Notes: generated by a model from the sequence alone, not told the origin. Numbered from the stretch's first letter, positions 36,556 to 46,149 are shown. The stretch: DNA of 64,000 nt from Butyrivibrio sp. (GCA_015056575.1 SVGA01000015.1:1370-65369), one strand, 5' to 3'. Numbers and translations: made by a program.

Positions 36556-38976
36556 TCAGCTCTTTATCCTGGCTTCATAGGCCTTGTTCTTTCTGCTGTT
36601 GGCAAAAAATCCGCCTATGACTTTTCCCATTCCCTTAAAGAAGTGACCGTTCACCACTTCCACAAAGCCCTTTGCCATATCCATGCTCACGGCTCCGCCG
36701 GTCATTTTTGCCATAGCCCTGAAGGGCATGTTGTAGATGAAAAGAGTGTTCAGATCCGGCTTTCCGCTCTCGTCAGCCTTTTTCTTCATGGCTGTCAGGC
36801 GAGCGTATACAAATCTGGCAAGGCCGCTCTTTGCGTAATACATCTGGCAAAGAGCATCGTTGATACCAAGCTGACCGCTCCACTTACCGTCGGGAATCGG
36901 TCTTCCCAGAAGCTTTTCAAACTCAGCGTCGCTGACATTCTCAATCTTTCCGGAGTAATACGCAGGCATCTGTGCCTCTTCGTAAGGAAGGTTCTGTGTT
37001 GTTCCCTCTTTGTCGATGCTTGCGCTAAGACGGATATTGGCACTGCTGCTTCCAATCATTACGCGGTAGCTTCCCTCTTCGACTTCCCACTTATCTGTCT
37101 TGACATTCCAGTATCGGAAGGTCTTATCGTCAAAAGAGATTGTGACTTTCCTGCTCTCTCCGGCCTTAAGAAATACCTTGGCAAATCCCTTCAGCTCTTT
37201 TTCCGGTCTGAATACCTTTGCCCCGGGAAGAGAAATATACATCTGAGCCACTTCTGCTCCGTCTCTGTCACCGGTATTCTTAAGGGTGAAGGTTGCTCCG
37301 TTTTCATCAAGTGAAAGATCGCTGTATTCAAAGGTTGTATAGGACAGTCCGAATCCGAAGGGATAAAGAACCGGAACCTTCGCCGTATCATAGTATCTGT
37401 AGCCCACATAGAGACTCTCTCTGTACTCTGATGTTCTCTCTTTACTCGGATAGTAGCGGTATGCAGGGGTGTCTTCATGGCGCCTTGGGATCGTCTCCGA
37501 GAGCTTTCCGGAAGGATTTACCCCCCCTGTAAGGATATCCAAAACCGCGCCTGCACCTGCCTGTCCGTTGAGATAGCAGTGGAGCATAGCCTTCATGTAA
37601 TGGTGCCAGGGCATCTCAATTGCAGAGCCTGCACTGATGATACCGACAAGATTTGCATTGGCCTGTCCCAGCTCCTGCAGAAGGTTGATCTGATTCTGAG
37701 GGATCCTCATGTGTGTCCTGTCCATACCCTCCGACTCCGAGTCCTCGTTAAGTCCAAAGAAAAACAGCACGATATCCGCTCTTGCAGCAAGGTCCAGAGC
37801 TTCCTTTCTTGTGGCGGCATCTTCCTGCCCGTCCCGCAGATAACCTCTGCTCATGCCTACAACCTGCAGGTCGTAATTACCGATAAGCTCTGATATGGTT
37901 TCAATTTTTGTAGGATTTACAAGGGATGAGCCCGCTCCCTGATATCTGGGAACAAAGGCAAAATCCCCGATAACTGCCACCTTGGCGCCTTTCTTAAGGG
38001 GCAGGATATTGTCTTCGTTTTTCAAAAGAACCGTACTCTGTTCGGCAGCTCTCCTGGCAATGCCATGGTGTGCTTTTTTGTCGAAATCCTCTTTTCTTTC
38101 CTGAGCATTTACATAAAGCGTCATCACAGCGTCCAGAAGTTCGTCGACTCTTTTGTCCACGTCTTCCATGGAAATCTTGCCGCTTTCTACGGCTGAAATA
38201 AGCTCCCTTGCGGAATCAAGACCGGGATTTGGCATCTCAAGGTTTGATCCTGCCGCAACACCAAGGGCATGATCATTGGATGCACCCCAGTCAGTGATGA
38301 CTATTCCGTCAAATCCCCAGTCGTTTCGCAGGATTTCTGTAAGCAGGTGCTTGTTCTCATTGGCGTAGGTACCGTTCACCTCGTTGTAGGAGGACATGAT
38401 GGTCCCGGCCTTGCCCTCTTTAATGGCGATCTCGAAGCCTGTAAGATAGATCTCCCTTAAGGTTCTCTCATCAACCACGGAATCCATGGCCATCCTGCGA
38501 AGCTCCTGGGAGTTCACCGCAAAGTGCTTGGGGCAGGCATAAACGCCCTGTGACTGGATCCCTTTCACATAGGAAGCCGCCATTTTGCCTGCAAGATAAG
38601 GATCTTCAGAAAAGTACTCAAAATTCCTTCCGCACAGGGGACTTCTCTTGATATTAAGGCCGGGGCCCAGGAGGACGTTAACGCCCTCCGCCATGGCCTC
38701 TTCTCCGAGAGTTTTGCCGAGAGTCTCTCCCAGCTCCACATCCCAGCTGTTTGCTATTGTTGCCGCTGTAGGAAAACATGTAGCCGGAACTGATTCATTA
38801 AGTCCCAGATGGTCTCCTGCTCCGGCCTGTTTTCTGATACCGTGAGGTCCGTCGGAGCAGAATATGGACGGGATCCCCAGCCTTTCAAACCCTCTGGTCT
38901 CCCACTCGTTCTTGCCGCCAAGGAAGGCAGCTTTTTCTTCTATTGTCATCTTTTCAATGATGTCCTGATATTTCAC
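36556..38976 (-). CDS. glycoside hydrolase family 3 beta-glucosidase (cytoplasmic)
   Basis: GH3 motifs LLGPGLNIKRSPLCGRNFEYFSEDP and GFDGIVITDWGA, plus a C-terminal Fn3-like domain. Confidence 0.9.
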   Translation of the reverse strand: MKYQDIIEKMTIEEKAAFLGGKNEWETRGFERLGIPSIFCSDGPHGIRKQAGAGDHLGLNESVPATCFPTAATIANSWDVELGETLGKTLGEEAMAEGVNVLLGPGLNIKRSPLCGRNFEYFSEDPYLAGKMAASYVKGIQSQGVYACPKHFAVNSQELRRMAMDSVVDERTLREIYLTGFEIAIKEGKAGTIMSSYNEVNGTYANENKHLLTEILRNDWGFDGIVITDWGASNDHALGVAAGSNLEMPNPGLDSARELISAVESGKISMEDVDKRVDELLDAVMTLYVNAQERKEDFDKKAHHGIARRAAEQSTVLLKNEDNILPLKKGAKVAVIGDFAFVPRYQGAGSSLVNPTKIETISELIGNYDLQVVGMSRGYLRDGQEDAATRKEALDLAARADIVLFFFGLNEDSESEGMDRTHMRIPQNQINLLQELGQANANLVGIISAGSAIEMPWHHYMKAMLHCYLNGQAGAGAVLDILTGGVNPSGKLSETIPRRHEDTPAYRYYPSKERTSEYRESLYVGYRYYDTAKVPVLYPFGFGLSYTTFEYSDLSLDENGATFTLKNTGDRDGAEVAQMYISLPGAKVFRPEKELKGFAKVFLKAGESRKVTISFDDKTFRYWNVKTDKWEVEEGSYRVMIGSSSANIRLSASIDKEGTTQNLPYEEAQMPAYYSGKIENVSDAEFEKLLGRPIPDGKWSGQLGINDALCQMYYAKSGLARFVYARLTAMKKKADESGKPDLNTLFIYNMPFRAMAKMTGGAVSMDMAKGFVEVVNGHFFKGMGKVIGGFFANSRKNKAYEARIKS

Positions 38977-39027
38977 TTTCGTTCCCTCACTTCAAAATCT
39001 GTTCCTGCATTTGCTTTAGCGATAGGA

Positions 39028-41976
39028 TCACTGCTGCGCAGATGCCTCTTTTGCCTCTGATTCTCTGTTCTTCTTAAAGTTCTTGATGAAAATGGTCATA
39101 AGGCAGATCATAAGTGCCGCAAAGATAACATCAAGAACGATCATAAGCTTCTTCCAGGAAGCCATACCTGCATTGAGGTTCTCAGGGGCATATGCACGGC
39201 TGTTTACTACTGTGTAAAGAATATTCTTTGTAGCATCACGCATAGCCTGCTGAGCTCCGTTGGTATCTCTGAACTGTACGTTGTTGGTTGCTGTAGGATA
39301 GTTGACCAGCATGCAGTCTGTACCGTTACGGATAGCCTGATCTGAAGACATGTATCCGTATACGCCGAAGTAGTCGGTAAGTACAAAGCCGTTAAAGCCC
39401 CACTCATCACGAAGAACTGTCTTAAGCAGTGATGAAGATCCGCCTGCCCAACGGTTTCCGATGTAGTTGAAGGATGACATAACTGCTGTAAGTCCTACGT
39501 TCTTAACGCAAATCTCGAAAGGTCTAAGGTAGATCTCACGGATAGCCTGCTCGTTGGACCAGGTGCAGAGCATGTCGCATCTGTTACCTTCCTGATCGTT
39601 CATGGCAAAGTGCTTGATGTAAGCGTATACGCCGTTATCCCAGGAACCCTGTGCTGCCTTGGCAGCGATAAAGCCTGAGAGGATGCTGTCCTCTGAATAG
39701 TACTCAAAGTTACGTCCTGCGAAAGCTGTTCTGTGGATGTTCATGGCAGGTGCATACCAACCGGAAACGTCCATCTCGTTAGCCATCTTGCCGATGTAAT
39801 CACCGAACTGATAAGCAAGATCCTTGTTGAAAGTAGCTGCGATCGTTACACCAACGGGGAATCCAAGGGAGCCTACGCCGGTGAAGTTATTATTGATCGA
39901 AGCAGGGCCGTCACAGTCGTTGGTGCGGACCTTGCCGATGGAATCAACTGAGTTTGTCTGATATCCGCCAAGAGATATAAGTGCGTTCATATCATCAAGG
40001 CTCATGCTGTTAAGGAGTTCGTCCCACTTTGCATCGTTCTTGTCAAGACCGCGAAGGTCTGCGAGCTTAAGGCTTGTTGCAGCGCCTGTTGTAACCTCCG
40101 CAGCATTAGGATCTTCATCAGCTGCTGTTACTTCAGGTGTAAGGTAGTTGCTGATATTGTAGAAGGTTGCCTTTGCATCATCGCTCATAACGAAGTTTGA
40201 AGGAGCCTTTGTTGCCTCTTTGTAGTTGGCAAAGCCGTCTTTTCTTGAAAGATATGTCACATCGCCCTGTGCGTAATCGAAAGCGTTTGTGGCAGTGATC
40301 TTGTCGCTGGGTCTGTTGTTTGATCCGTCGTAAGTAACTGTAGCTCCTACAGTGTAGGTTCTTGAATCGATAACATTGTGAGAATCCTTGTTGATGGAGA
40401 TCTCGTAGTCACCTGCCTCGAGAACATAAGCCTTAGCATTCTGATAATCGTAGGATGCAAGGAACTCGTCGTCAAAAGAGATCGTGATCGTCTCGGAAGA
40501 TCCCGGCTCCAGGAGAGATGTCTTTTCAAAGGCAATAAGATTTGCTGTTGCCTTCTCAATTCCGCCATTCTCATAAGGAGGATTGAAGTAAACCTGAACC
40601 ACGTCCTTACCTGCTGCCGAGCCTGTATTTGTAACTGTTACGTCAAAGCTGATATTACCGTTTGAAGCAGTGATGTCACCCATGGTCTGCTCAAAGGTTG
40701 TGTATGAAAGACCATATCCGAAGGGATACTGAACTACCGAATCATAGTCGATAAGTCCCTCTACAGCCGCTGTCTCATAGAACTTGTAGCCCACATAGAT
40801 GCCCTCAACATAGTTAATGAAGGATACGTCTGCTCTCTGCTCTGCTCCTGTAATGAAGCTGGTTGAAATAACTGCGTACTCATCCATGTTTGTGTAGTTA
40901 AAATCACCGAAGTTGTTCCACCAGGGTGTCTGTTCCATATCGTAAACGTATGTGTCGATAAGCTTACCTGAAGGGTTAACATCACCCGTTACGATCTCGC
41001 CAAGAGCTGTCATTCCGACATGGCCCATGCCTGCTGCCCAGAGAACAGACTTGATCTGGGGATAGTCCTCGACAAAGCCCATCTCAAAAGCGTTGGCTCC
41101 GTTGTAAACAAGGATTACCTTATCAAAGTTTGCGCATACAAGGTCGATCATCTCTTCCTCTCTGTTTGAGAGCTGAAGGTAGTGATCGCCTGCATCCCAG
41201 TCGTTCCCCTCGTTTAAAGAGTCATCATAAACGCCTGCTGTGTAGGTTGTTCCGTCCTGGAAAGAACCGTCAACAACTGCGCTCATGTTGCTGGGAAGAT
41301 CCGCGCCCTCACCGCCTGAGCGGCTGATAACGATCATAGCTGTGTCTGAAAAGCTCTTTGCGTTTGCAATAAGCTCATCTGTGTAGAGATTTACGTTGGG
41401 CTCGGGAAGTGTCCAATCCTGTGCCCACATTCCTACTTCAGGCCTGTCAGCCTTGTAGTCTGTATAGAACTTTGTAAGTTCTTCGTTGGTCTCGATCCCT
41501 GCTGCCGAAAGAGACTGAAGAACATCAACTGTATCATAAGCATCATTGAGCGCACCTGATCCTGCTCCCCCGAGAATAGGATTTGTGGATGCCCATCCGA
41601 ATACGTTGAGCTTGCTTCCCTTTGCAACAGGAAGTGTCGCATCATCGTTCTCAACAAGTACGATACCCTCTCTTGCAATATTTCTGGCAAGTTCTGCAGA
41701 AGCATCGGAAGTCTCCTCGGTGATCGTTCCGCTTCCGCTTACCAGGTCAAGCATTGTACTCATGGGACCTGTACAGATCATATTCACGCAGATAACAATG
41801 CCTGTAAGCATTGCAACCAGTGCAGTACCTCTGATAAGCTTTCTGGCGCTCTTTTTAACCTTCATTACCGCGATCATGACAATGACCGCCACGGCAATGA
41901 TCACGCCGATTGCTATCAGTTGTGATTTGATGGATGTTATAACATTCATAACATCGCTCATGTTGATAGATAACAT
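39028..41976 (-). CDS. glycoside hydrolase family 3 enzyme with N- and C-terminal membrane anchors
   Basis: GH3 motifs GRNFEYYSEDS and GFNGFVLTDY, two N-terminal TM helices and one C-terminal TM helix. Confidence 0.88.
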   Translation of the reverse strand: MLSINMSDVMNVITSIKSQLIAIGVIIAVAVIVMIAVMKVKKSARKLIRGTALVAMLTGIVICVNMICTGPMSTMLDLVSGSGTITEETSDASAELARNIAREGIVLVENDDATLPVAKGSKLNVFGWASTNPILGGAGSGALNDAYDTVDVLQSLSAAGIETNEELTKFYTDYKADRPEVGMWAQDWTLPEPNVNLYTDELIANAKSFSDTAMIVISRSGGEGADLPSNMSAVVDGSFQDGTTYTAGVYDDSLNEGNDWDAGDHYLQLSNREEEMIDLVCANFDKVILVYNGANAFEMGFVEDYPQIKSVLWAAGMGHVGMTALGEIVTGDVNPSGKLIDTYVYDMEQTPWWNNFGDFNYTNMDEYAVISTSFITGAEQRADVSFINYVEGIYVGYKFYETAAVEGLIDYDSVVQYPFGYGLSYTTFEQTMGDITASNGNISFDVTVTNTGSAAGKDVVQVYFNPPYENGGIEKATANLIAFEKTSLLEPGSSETITISFDDEFLASYDYQNAKAYVLEAGDYEISINKDSHNVIDSRTYTVGATVTYDGSNNRPSDKITATNAFDYAQGDVTYLSRKDGFANYKEATKAPSNFVMSDDAKATFYNISNYLTPEVTAADEDPNAAEVTTGAATSLKLADLRGLDKNDAKWDELLNSMSLDDMNALISLGGYQTNSVDSIGKVRTNDCDGPASINNNFTGVGSLGFPVGVTIAATFNKDLAYQFGDYIGKMANEMDVSGWYAPAMNIHRTAFAGRNFEYYSEDSILSGFIAAKAAQGSWDNGVYAYIKHFAMNDQEGNRCDMLCTWSNEQAIREIYLRPFEICVKNVGLTAVMSSFNYIGNRWAGGSSSLLKTVLRDEWGFNGFVLTDYFGVYGYMSSDQAIRNGTDCMLVNYPTATNNVQFRDTNGAQQAMRDATKNILYTVVNSRAYAPENLNAGMASWKKLMIVLDVIFAALMICLMTIFIKNFKKNRESEAKEASAQQ

Positions 41977-42039
41977 ATTATAAACCTCCCTTTTTCATGT
42001 GTGCTGTACTACGTACGCTACGATCATAGATTAGCACTA

Positions 42040-42078
42040 AAAAAAAATCGTGCCGTTTTTGTCACAAACGGTACGATT
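42040..42078 (-). terminator. Intrinsic terminator after the GGDEF gene
   Basis: 12-bp stem ATCGTGCCGTTT / AAACGGTACGAT, with TTTTTTTT following on the minus strand. Confidence 0.8.
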
Positions 42079-42098
42079 TTTGTCCTGAACGGAATGAT

Positions 42099-43229
42099 TT
42101 ATCTCTTGGCATGCTTCTGATTCTTTTCATCATACATGTTGTCATCCATGCGCTTTAAGAAGTCATCCACTGTGTCTTTTCCCGGCTCATATATGGCATA
42201 CCCAAGGGAAAGAGACAGTTTATATTGCCTGTTCTCGGTCTCGTTGAAAACGTTCACTTCATCCCTGATACTGTCAATAATAGACTGCATCTGACGATCC
42301 GAAGTATTCCTGACCAGCAGGATGAACTCATCTCCCGCAAATCTTATAGCAACAACCTTGTCAGGCTTGGAGAGCTGAATAACCCTTGCAACATCGATAA
42401 GTGCTTCATCTCCGGCTGAATGCCCGTAGGTGTCGTTGATCTGCTTGAAGTAGTCTACGTCGATCATAATGGCTCCGGTCTTGCCGCCGGGGTCCTTAAT
42501 GGCAGCATCCAGCTGATAATCAAAGTATGCCCTGTTGTACAGTCCCGTGAGTCTGTCCAAATAGGAAGATTCATTCTGCAGGGACATGTACATGGAAGTA
42601 AGTCCCACTGCAAGAGACACCCATATAAGAGAAATACCGTAGAATATCGCCTGGAAGGTGCATCCCAGAATAATTGGAGTCACCATCAGATACATAGGAA
42701 AGAAACGCACCTTGCCGTATCTTTTCTCATAACCCTTAAGGATGTAAATGCTGAATAACAGATAGCCCGCATCCACCATATAGTAGACGTAGCTAAGAGG
42801 CAGCCTGTGATATATATTCTGTTCATCGATATAATATATCATTGGAACAAAGATATTAAGAACTGCTATGAGAACCATGATTGCAGCCGGTATCATGGCG
42901 TATTTGTAGTATTTCCTTATCCTGCTCTTTGAATGGTAAAGTCTTAGATCAGCATAAATACACCATGAGGAAATAAACACCGGGTTGGCAATAAAGCAGT
43001 AGGTGTTTCCCAGCATATTTATGACCTTCATGGAAAGCCCCGGTTTACCGTCCACATAGAAAACCATGAAATCAACAATACATGCTGCCAGCGTCAGCAT
43101 CGTTATAATTGAGAAGAGCCTGACCTCCGGATGTTCACTATCGGATCTTCTGATGCGACTGCTGACAAGCATTGCCACCAGCAACAAAACACCTATATAG
43201 TCTGATGTAGCTACAGCTACCAAGTTCAT
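42099..43229 (-). CDS. membrane-bound diguanylate cyclase (6-7 TM plus GGDEF domain, AGDEF variant)
   Basis: RLTGLYNRAYFD and RFAGDEFILL. The start overlaps the kinase stop by 4 nt. Confidence 0.88.
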   Translation of the reverse strand: MNLVAVATSDYIGVLLLVAMLVSSRIRRSDSEHPEVRLFSIITMLTLAACIVDFMVFYVDGKPGLSMKVINMLGNTYCFIANPVFISSWCIYADLRLYHSKSRIRKYYKYAMIPAAIMVLIAVLNIFVPMIYYIDEQNIYHRLPLSYVYYMVDAGYLLFSIYILKGYEKRYGKVRFFPMYLMVTPIILGCTFQAIFYGISLIWVSLAVGLTSMYMSLQNESSYLDRLTGLYNRAYFDYQLDAAIKDPGGKTGAIMIDVDYFKQINDTYGHSAGDEALIDVARVIQLSKPDKVVAIRFAGDEFILLVRNTSDRQMQSIIDSIRDEVNVFNETENRQYKLSLSLGYAIYEPGKDTVDDFLKRMDDNMYDEKNQKHAKR

Positions 43230-44536
43230 GCGACGCCTCCCTGAGGAATCAGTATCTTAAGCTCGAACCAGTTTTTGTTCTGGCCAAAGGTTATGGTCCC
43301 GTGATATTTTTCGACAGTATATCGTATACTCTTTAGCCCAAAACCGTGATTTCCTTTATCGGCTTTGGTGGTAACAGGATATCCGTTCTTAAGTTGGATC
43401 CTGTTCTCGGAATAATTGTTTATCTGTATCAGTACAAAATTCTTCCTGGGAGAAACGGCGATATGTATAAGTCGCTTCTCCGGATCTTCTATAAGCGTAA
43501 CACTTTCTATTGCATTATCCAACGCATTTCCAAAAATTGTACATATGTCCGCAACATGCATGAAGTCCAGAATATTGCCGTCCGCAACACAGGTAACCTT
43601 GATATTGTTGGCCCTGCAGCTCATCATCTTACCGGCGATCAGCGTATCCAGCACGCTGTTTCCGGTCTCAAGCTCGGGGCTGTAGGATTCCAGCTCCTGT
43701 TCCATTGAATCAACCCAGGCCTGTCTCTGTTCATCGCTCATATCCGCCCGAAGTCCGGCTATCTGGTGCTTCAGATCATGATATTTCATATTTATCATAT
43801 CAAAAGTTTCCTGATAATTCCTGTACTTATCGTACTGGGCTTTAAGCATCGAATGGATATTACTCAGCTCTTTTTCCGCAAGAAACTCACAGATCCGGCT
43901 CTGATACACGTAGAGGATCATTATACCCGCAACGTCCACCAGGGTCCTTATATAGAACACATCCGCCGTAACACCTGCGGAAAATGGGGTGTTGCTCAGG
44001 ATAAAGCTTAAGTTACTGAAGGCAAATATCGATGCAGCTATGAGGATTGCCGCTATCAGCTCCCTGGTATTAATCTCCAGCTGAACAATGCCTCTCGTAA
44101 TGCTCTTTTCCATGTAATGTGCCCAGGTAAAAGCAAGCGCATACACCGCGACAAGTATAAGGATCTGGAGAAGGGCTGACGGATTGATGCCCCCGGCAAA
44201 GTATGCCAGCTGCCACTCCAAAGATGCGGCAAGCTCAGCAAGAAGAAAGGCTCTTGCGCAGTAGTACCCTATAACGTTCCTGGTGTCGTCACATACGATG
44301 TACATAAAAAGATACATCATAAGAACCGCCGCAAGCATGCATGGGATCCAAAGATAGATTGGCAGTGATTTTGTGAGCACCAGAAAAACACTCTGCAAAA
44401 CCAGCGCCAGAAAAGAGGCCGCTGCAAATTCCGGGGCCTTGAGCTTGCGCTTTAGTACCATGCAGTAGGTCATACAGGCCATCCACTCTGCTATCGCCGT
44501 ATATAGTCTTGGAATATCCGCGTATACATTTTCCAT
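43226..44536 (-). CDS. AgrC/HPK10-type GHKL sensor histidine kinase
   Basis: Multi-TM N-terminal half, H-box KYHDLKHQI, N-box FGNALDNAIES and G-box NHGFGLKSI. Confidence 0.88.
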   Translation of the reverse strand: MENVYADIPRLYTAIAEWMACMTYCMVLKRKLKAPEFAAASFLALVLQSVFLVLTKSLPIYLWIPCMLAAVLMMYLFMYIVCDDTRNVIGYYCARAFLLAELAASLEWQLAYFAGGINPSALLQILILVAVYALAFTWAHYMEKSITRGIVQLEINTRELIAAILIAASIFAFSNLSFILSNTPFSAGVTADVFYIRTLVDVAGIMILYVYQSRICEFLAEKELSNIHSMLKAQYDKYRNYQETFDMINMKYHDLKHQIAGLRADMSDEQRQAWVDSMEQELESYSPELETGNSVLDTLIAGKMMSCRANNIKVTCVADGNILDFMHVADICTIFGNALDNAIESVTLIEDPEKRLIHIAVSPRKNFVLIQINNYSENRIQLKNGYPVTTKADKGNHGFGLKSIRYTVEKYHGTITFGQNKNWFELKILIPQGGVA

Positions 44537-44573
44537 TTATAATCCTATCGGTGTGAATTTGTCGGGCTGCAGC

Positions 44574-45281
44574 TCACAGGCCGGCCATATAATCGGTAAG
44601 GGCGTTCATCATGAAGTCGCTCTTCCTTGCTCTGCTGATAAGAAGCTGCTTGCCCGCTATATGACAGCATCCGTTCTCTACGCCGTCCACATGCTTAAGG
44701 TTCACAAGGTATCCCTTGTTGCTGCGGAAGAAATTGTACTGTGCAAGCTGCGCCTCATAATCCGAGAGCCTCGCCCTTATGGTGAACTCCCCGCCTCTGG
44801 TGTAGAAGTTCAAGTTGTGCCCCTCGCTCTCGATATAAAAGATATTATCTATATCCAGTTTTTTTACCCCGGAAGACACATCTATGGTAATGACGTTGGA
44901 CTCGGACTTCCTTATCCTGCTGATCGCCCGCTCCAGCTTCTGAGAAAATGCAAAGTAGCTTACAGGCTTCAGAACATAGTCCAGAGCATCAACCTGATAG
45001 CCCCGAATAGCGTAGTTGGTCATGTTCGTGATGAACATAATGACTACGTTCTGATCAAGCTTTCTTATCTCCTCTGCAGCGGTCATGCCGTCCATGAACT
45101 TCATTTCAATGTCCATGAGAATTATGTCAAAGCGACTGTTGTAGCCGTTTGTGATCTCATCTCCGTCCTTAAATCTGGTGACATTGAAACTGTTGCCGCT
45201 TTCAAGCTGATATTTTGTGATGAACTCAGCCAGCTGGGACGCGTATGAATCTTCATCTTCTACTATTGCCAGATTTATCAT
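44574..45281 (-). CDS. LytR/AlgR-family response regulator (REC plus LytTR)
   Basis: The REC domain has DIILMDIEM. The LytTR part reads IFYIESEGHNLNFYT...FFRSNKGYLVNLKHV. ATG 45281 has an AGGAGAAG SD. Confidence 0.9.
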   Translation of the reverse strand: MINLAIVEDEDSYASQLAEFITKYQLESGNSFNVTRFKDGDEITNGYNSRFDIILMDIEMKFMDGMTAAEEIRKLDQNVVIMFITNMTNYAIRGYQVDALDYVLKPVSYFAFSQKLERAISRIRKSESNVITIDVSSGVKKLDIDNIFYIESEGHNLNFYTRGGEFTIRARLSDYEAQLAQYNFFRSNKGYLVNLKHVDGVENGCCHIAGKQLLISRARKSDFMMNALTDYMAGL

Positions 45282-45366
45282 TACTCTTCTCCTGCTAATA
45301 GTATTATTATACACTAAAAAGCCGGCACCTCGAAATAAGTGTCGCAAAGTGGAATAGTATTTATAG

Positions 45367-45400
45367 GCTGTTACTTGGGATGTTGCTTCGAGCTGTTACT
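45367..45400. promoter_or_regulatory. Perfect 9-bp direct repeat GCTGTTACT x2 (25 bp apart) upstream of the LytTR operon; candidate LytTR boxes
   Basis: Copies at 45367..45375 and 45392..45400. The minus-strand reading AGTAACAGC contains the (A/C)AGTAA core, which resembles AgrA/VirR boxes. Confidence 0.35.
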
Positions 45401-45430
45401 GTGTGAATCGCGTTTTCTTTTCTATACAGT

Positions 45431-45476
45431 AAAAAAATTACGGCACAAATTCTTTTTTCGGATTTGTACCGTAATT
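45431..45476 (-). terminator. Intrinsic terminator in the spacer upstream of the LytTR operon
   Basis: 15-bp stem AATTACGGCACAAAT / ATTTGTACCGTAATT (G-U on the minus-strand RNA), followed by TTTTTTT on the minus strand. Confidence 0.75.
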
Positions 45477-45687
45477 TAGCCTCTGTTATTACTGCACAGA
45501 TTCATTTTTTTATATTATGTGTAACCTCACCTGATCTATTCCTTCAAAACTAATGATGTATTACTGTACACAATAGAGTTTTTCAATCTCTACAGTAATA
45601 TTTTTTAAGCCTTACGGCATGAAAAGCGAAATTCAAAAACCTGCCGTAATTTATTTCTCATATTACGTTTACTAATTATCACACATC

Positions 45688-46149
45688 TTAGTTATCAATA
45701 TGTCCGTCCATATCATCCAGTCCATCCACATCGTGGATGTCACCGGCGCCGAAGCCGATGTTCTGCATGCTGACTGTCCTGCGGCGGATACGTGCCGACT
45801 CGGAAGCCTGAAGGATGAAGTCCTTGATCTCACGCCCATGTTTGATGTTCTTCATGATGATCGTCCTGTCTGTTACGTCCGAAGTATAAAGAACTATGGT
45901 GGAAAGTCCGGCCATGCGCTGAAGGAGCGTGCTGGTGATCTCAACATCACTGATCTTGTACATGTAACAGTCATTCTCTCTTGTGGTGAAGAATCCCTTG
46001 ATTATGGTGAAATCATTCTCTCTTATCTCATATTTTGTAAAGGTCCAGGGAAGTCCGAAAAGCAACCATCTGGAGCGCTCGCTGTACTTAAGCTCTCCCT
46101 TTGATTCCCTGGATGCAGCATATTGTTCGGGATTTGCAATCTTTGCCAT
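45688..46149 (-). CDS. bacterial PH-domain (bPH_2 / DUF304-like) protein
   Basis: FTKYEIRENDFTIIKGFFTTRENDCYMYKISDVEITSTLLQRMAGLSTIVLYTSD fits the bPH_2 pattern. ATG 46149 has an AAGGAGG SD; the track ORF extends to 46290. Confidence 0.65.
   Translation of the reverse strand: MAKIANPEQYAASRESKGELKYSERSRWLLFGLPWTFTKYEIRENDFTIIKGFFTTRENDCYMYKISDVEITSTLLQRMAGLSTIVLYTSDVTDRTIIMKNIKHGREIKDFILQASESARIRRRTVSMQNIGFGAGDIHDVDGLDDMDGHIDN

Noticed and set aside
36283-37314. Long plus-strand ORF (343 aa) and other large antisense ORFs, for example 1669..2277 (+), 2363..3076 (-), 18666..19574 (-), 44553..45248 (+), 54169..54936 (+), 60341..60997 (+)
   Set aside because: Each lies entirely opposite a gene with strong family motifs (GH3, rhaB, AraC, purA, LytTR regulator, MBOAT, valS). 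None has an SD or a recognisable domain. Their composition is typical of antisense read-through frames.
45431-45660. Mini-ORFs (MNLCSNNRG, MRNKLRQVFEFRFSCRKA) as AgrD-like autoinducing pre-peptides
   Set aside because: They are far shorter than known AgrD precursors, lack a properly spaced SD, and there is no AgrB-type processing gene. I kept them only as a note within the spacer finding.
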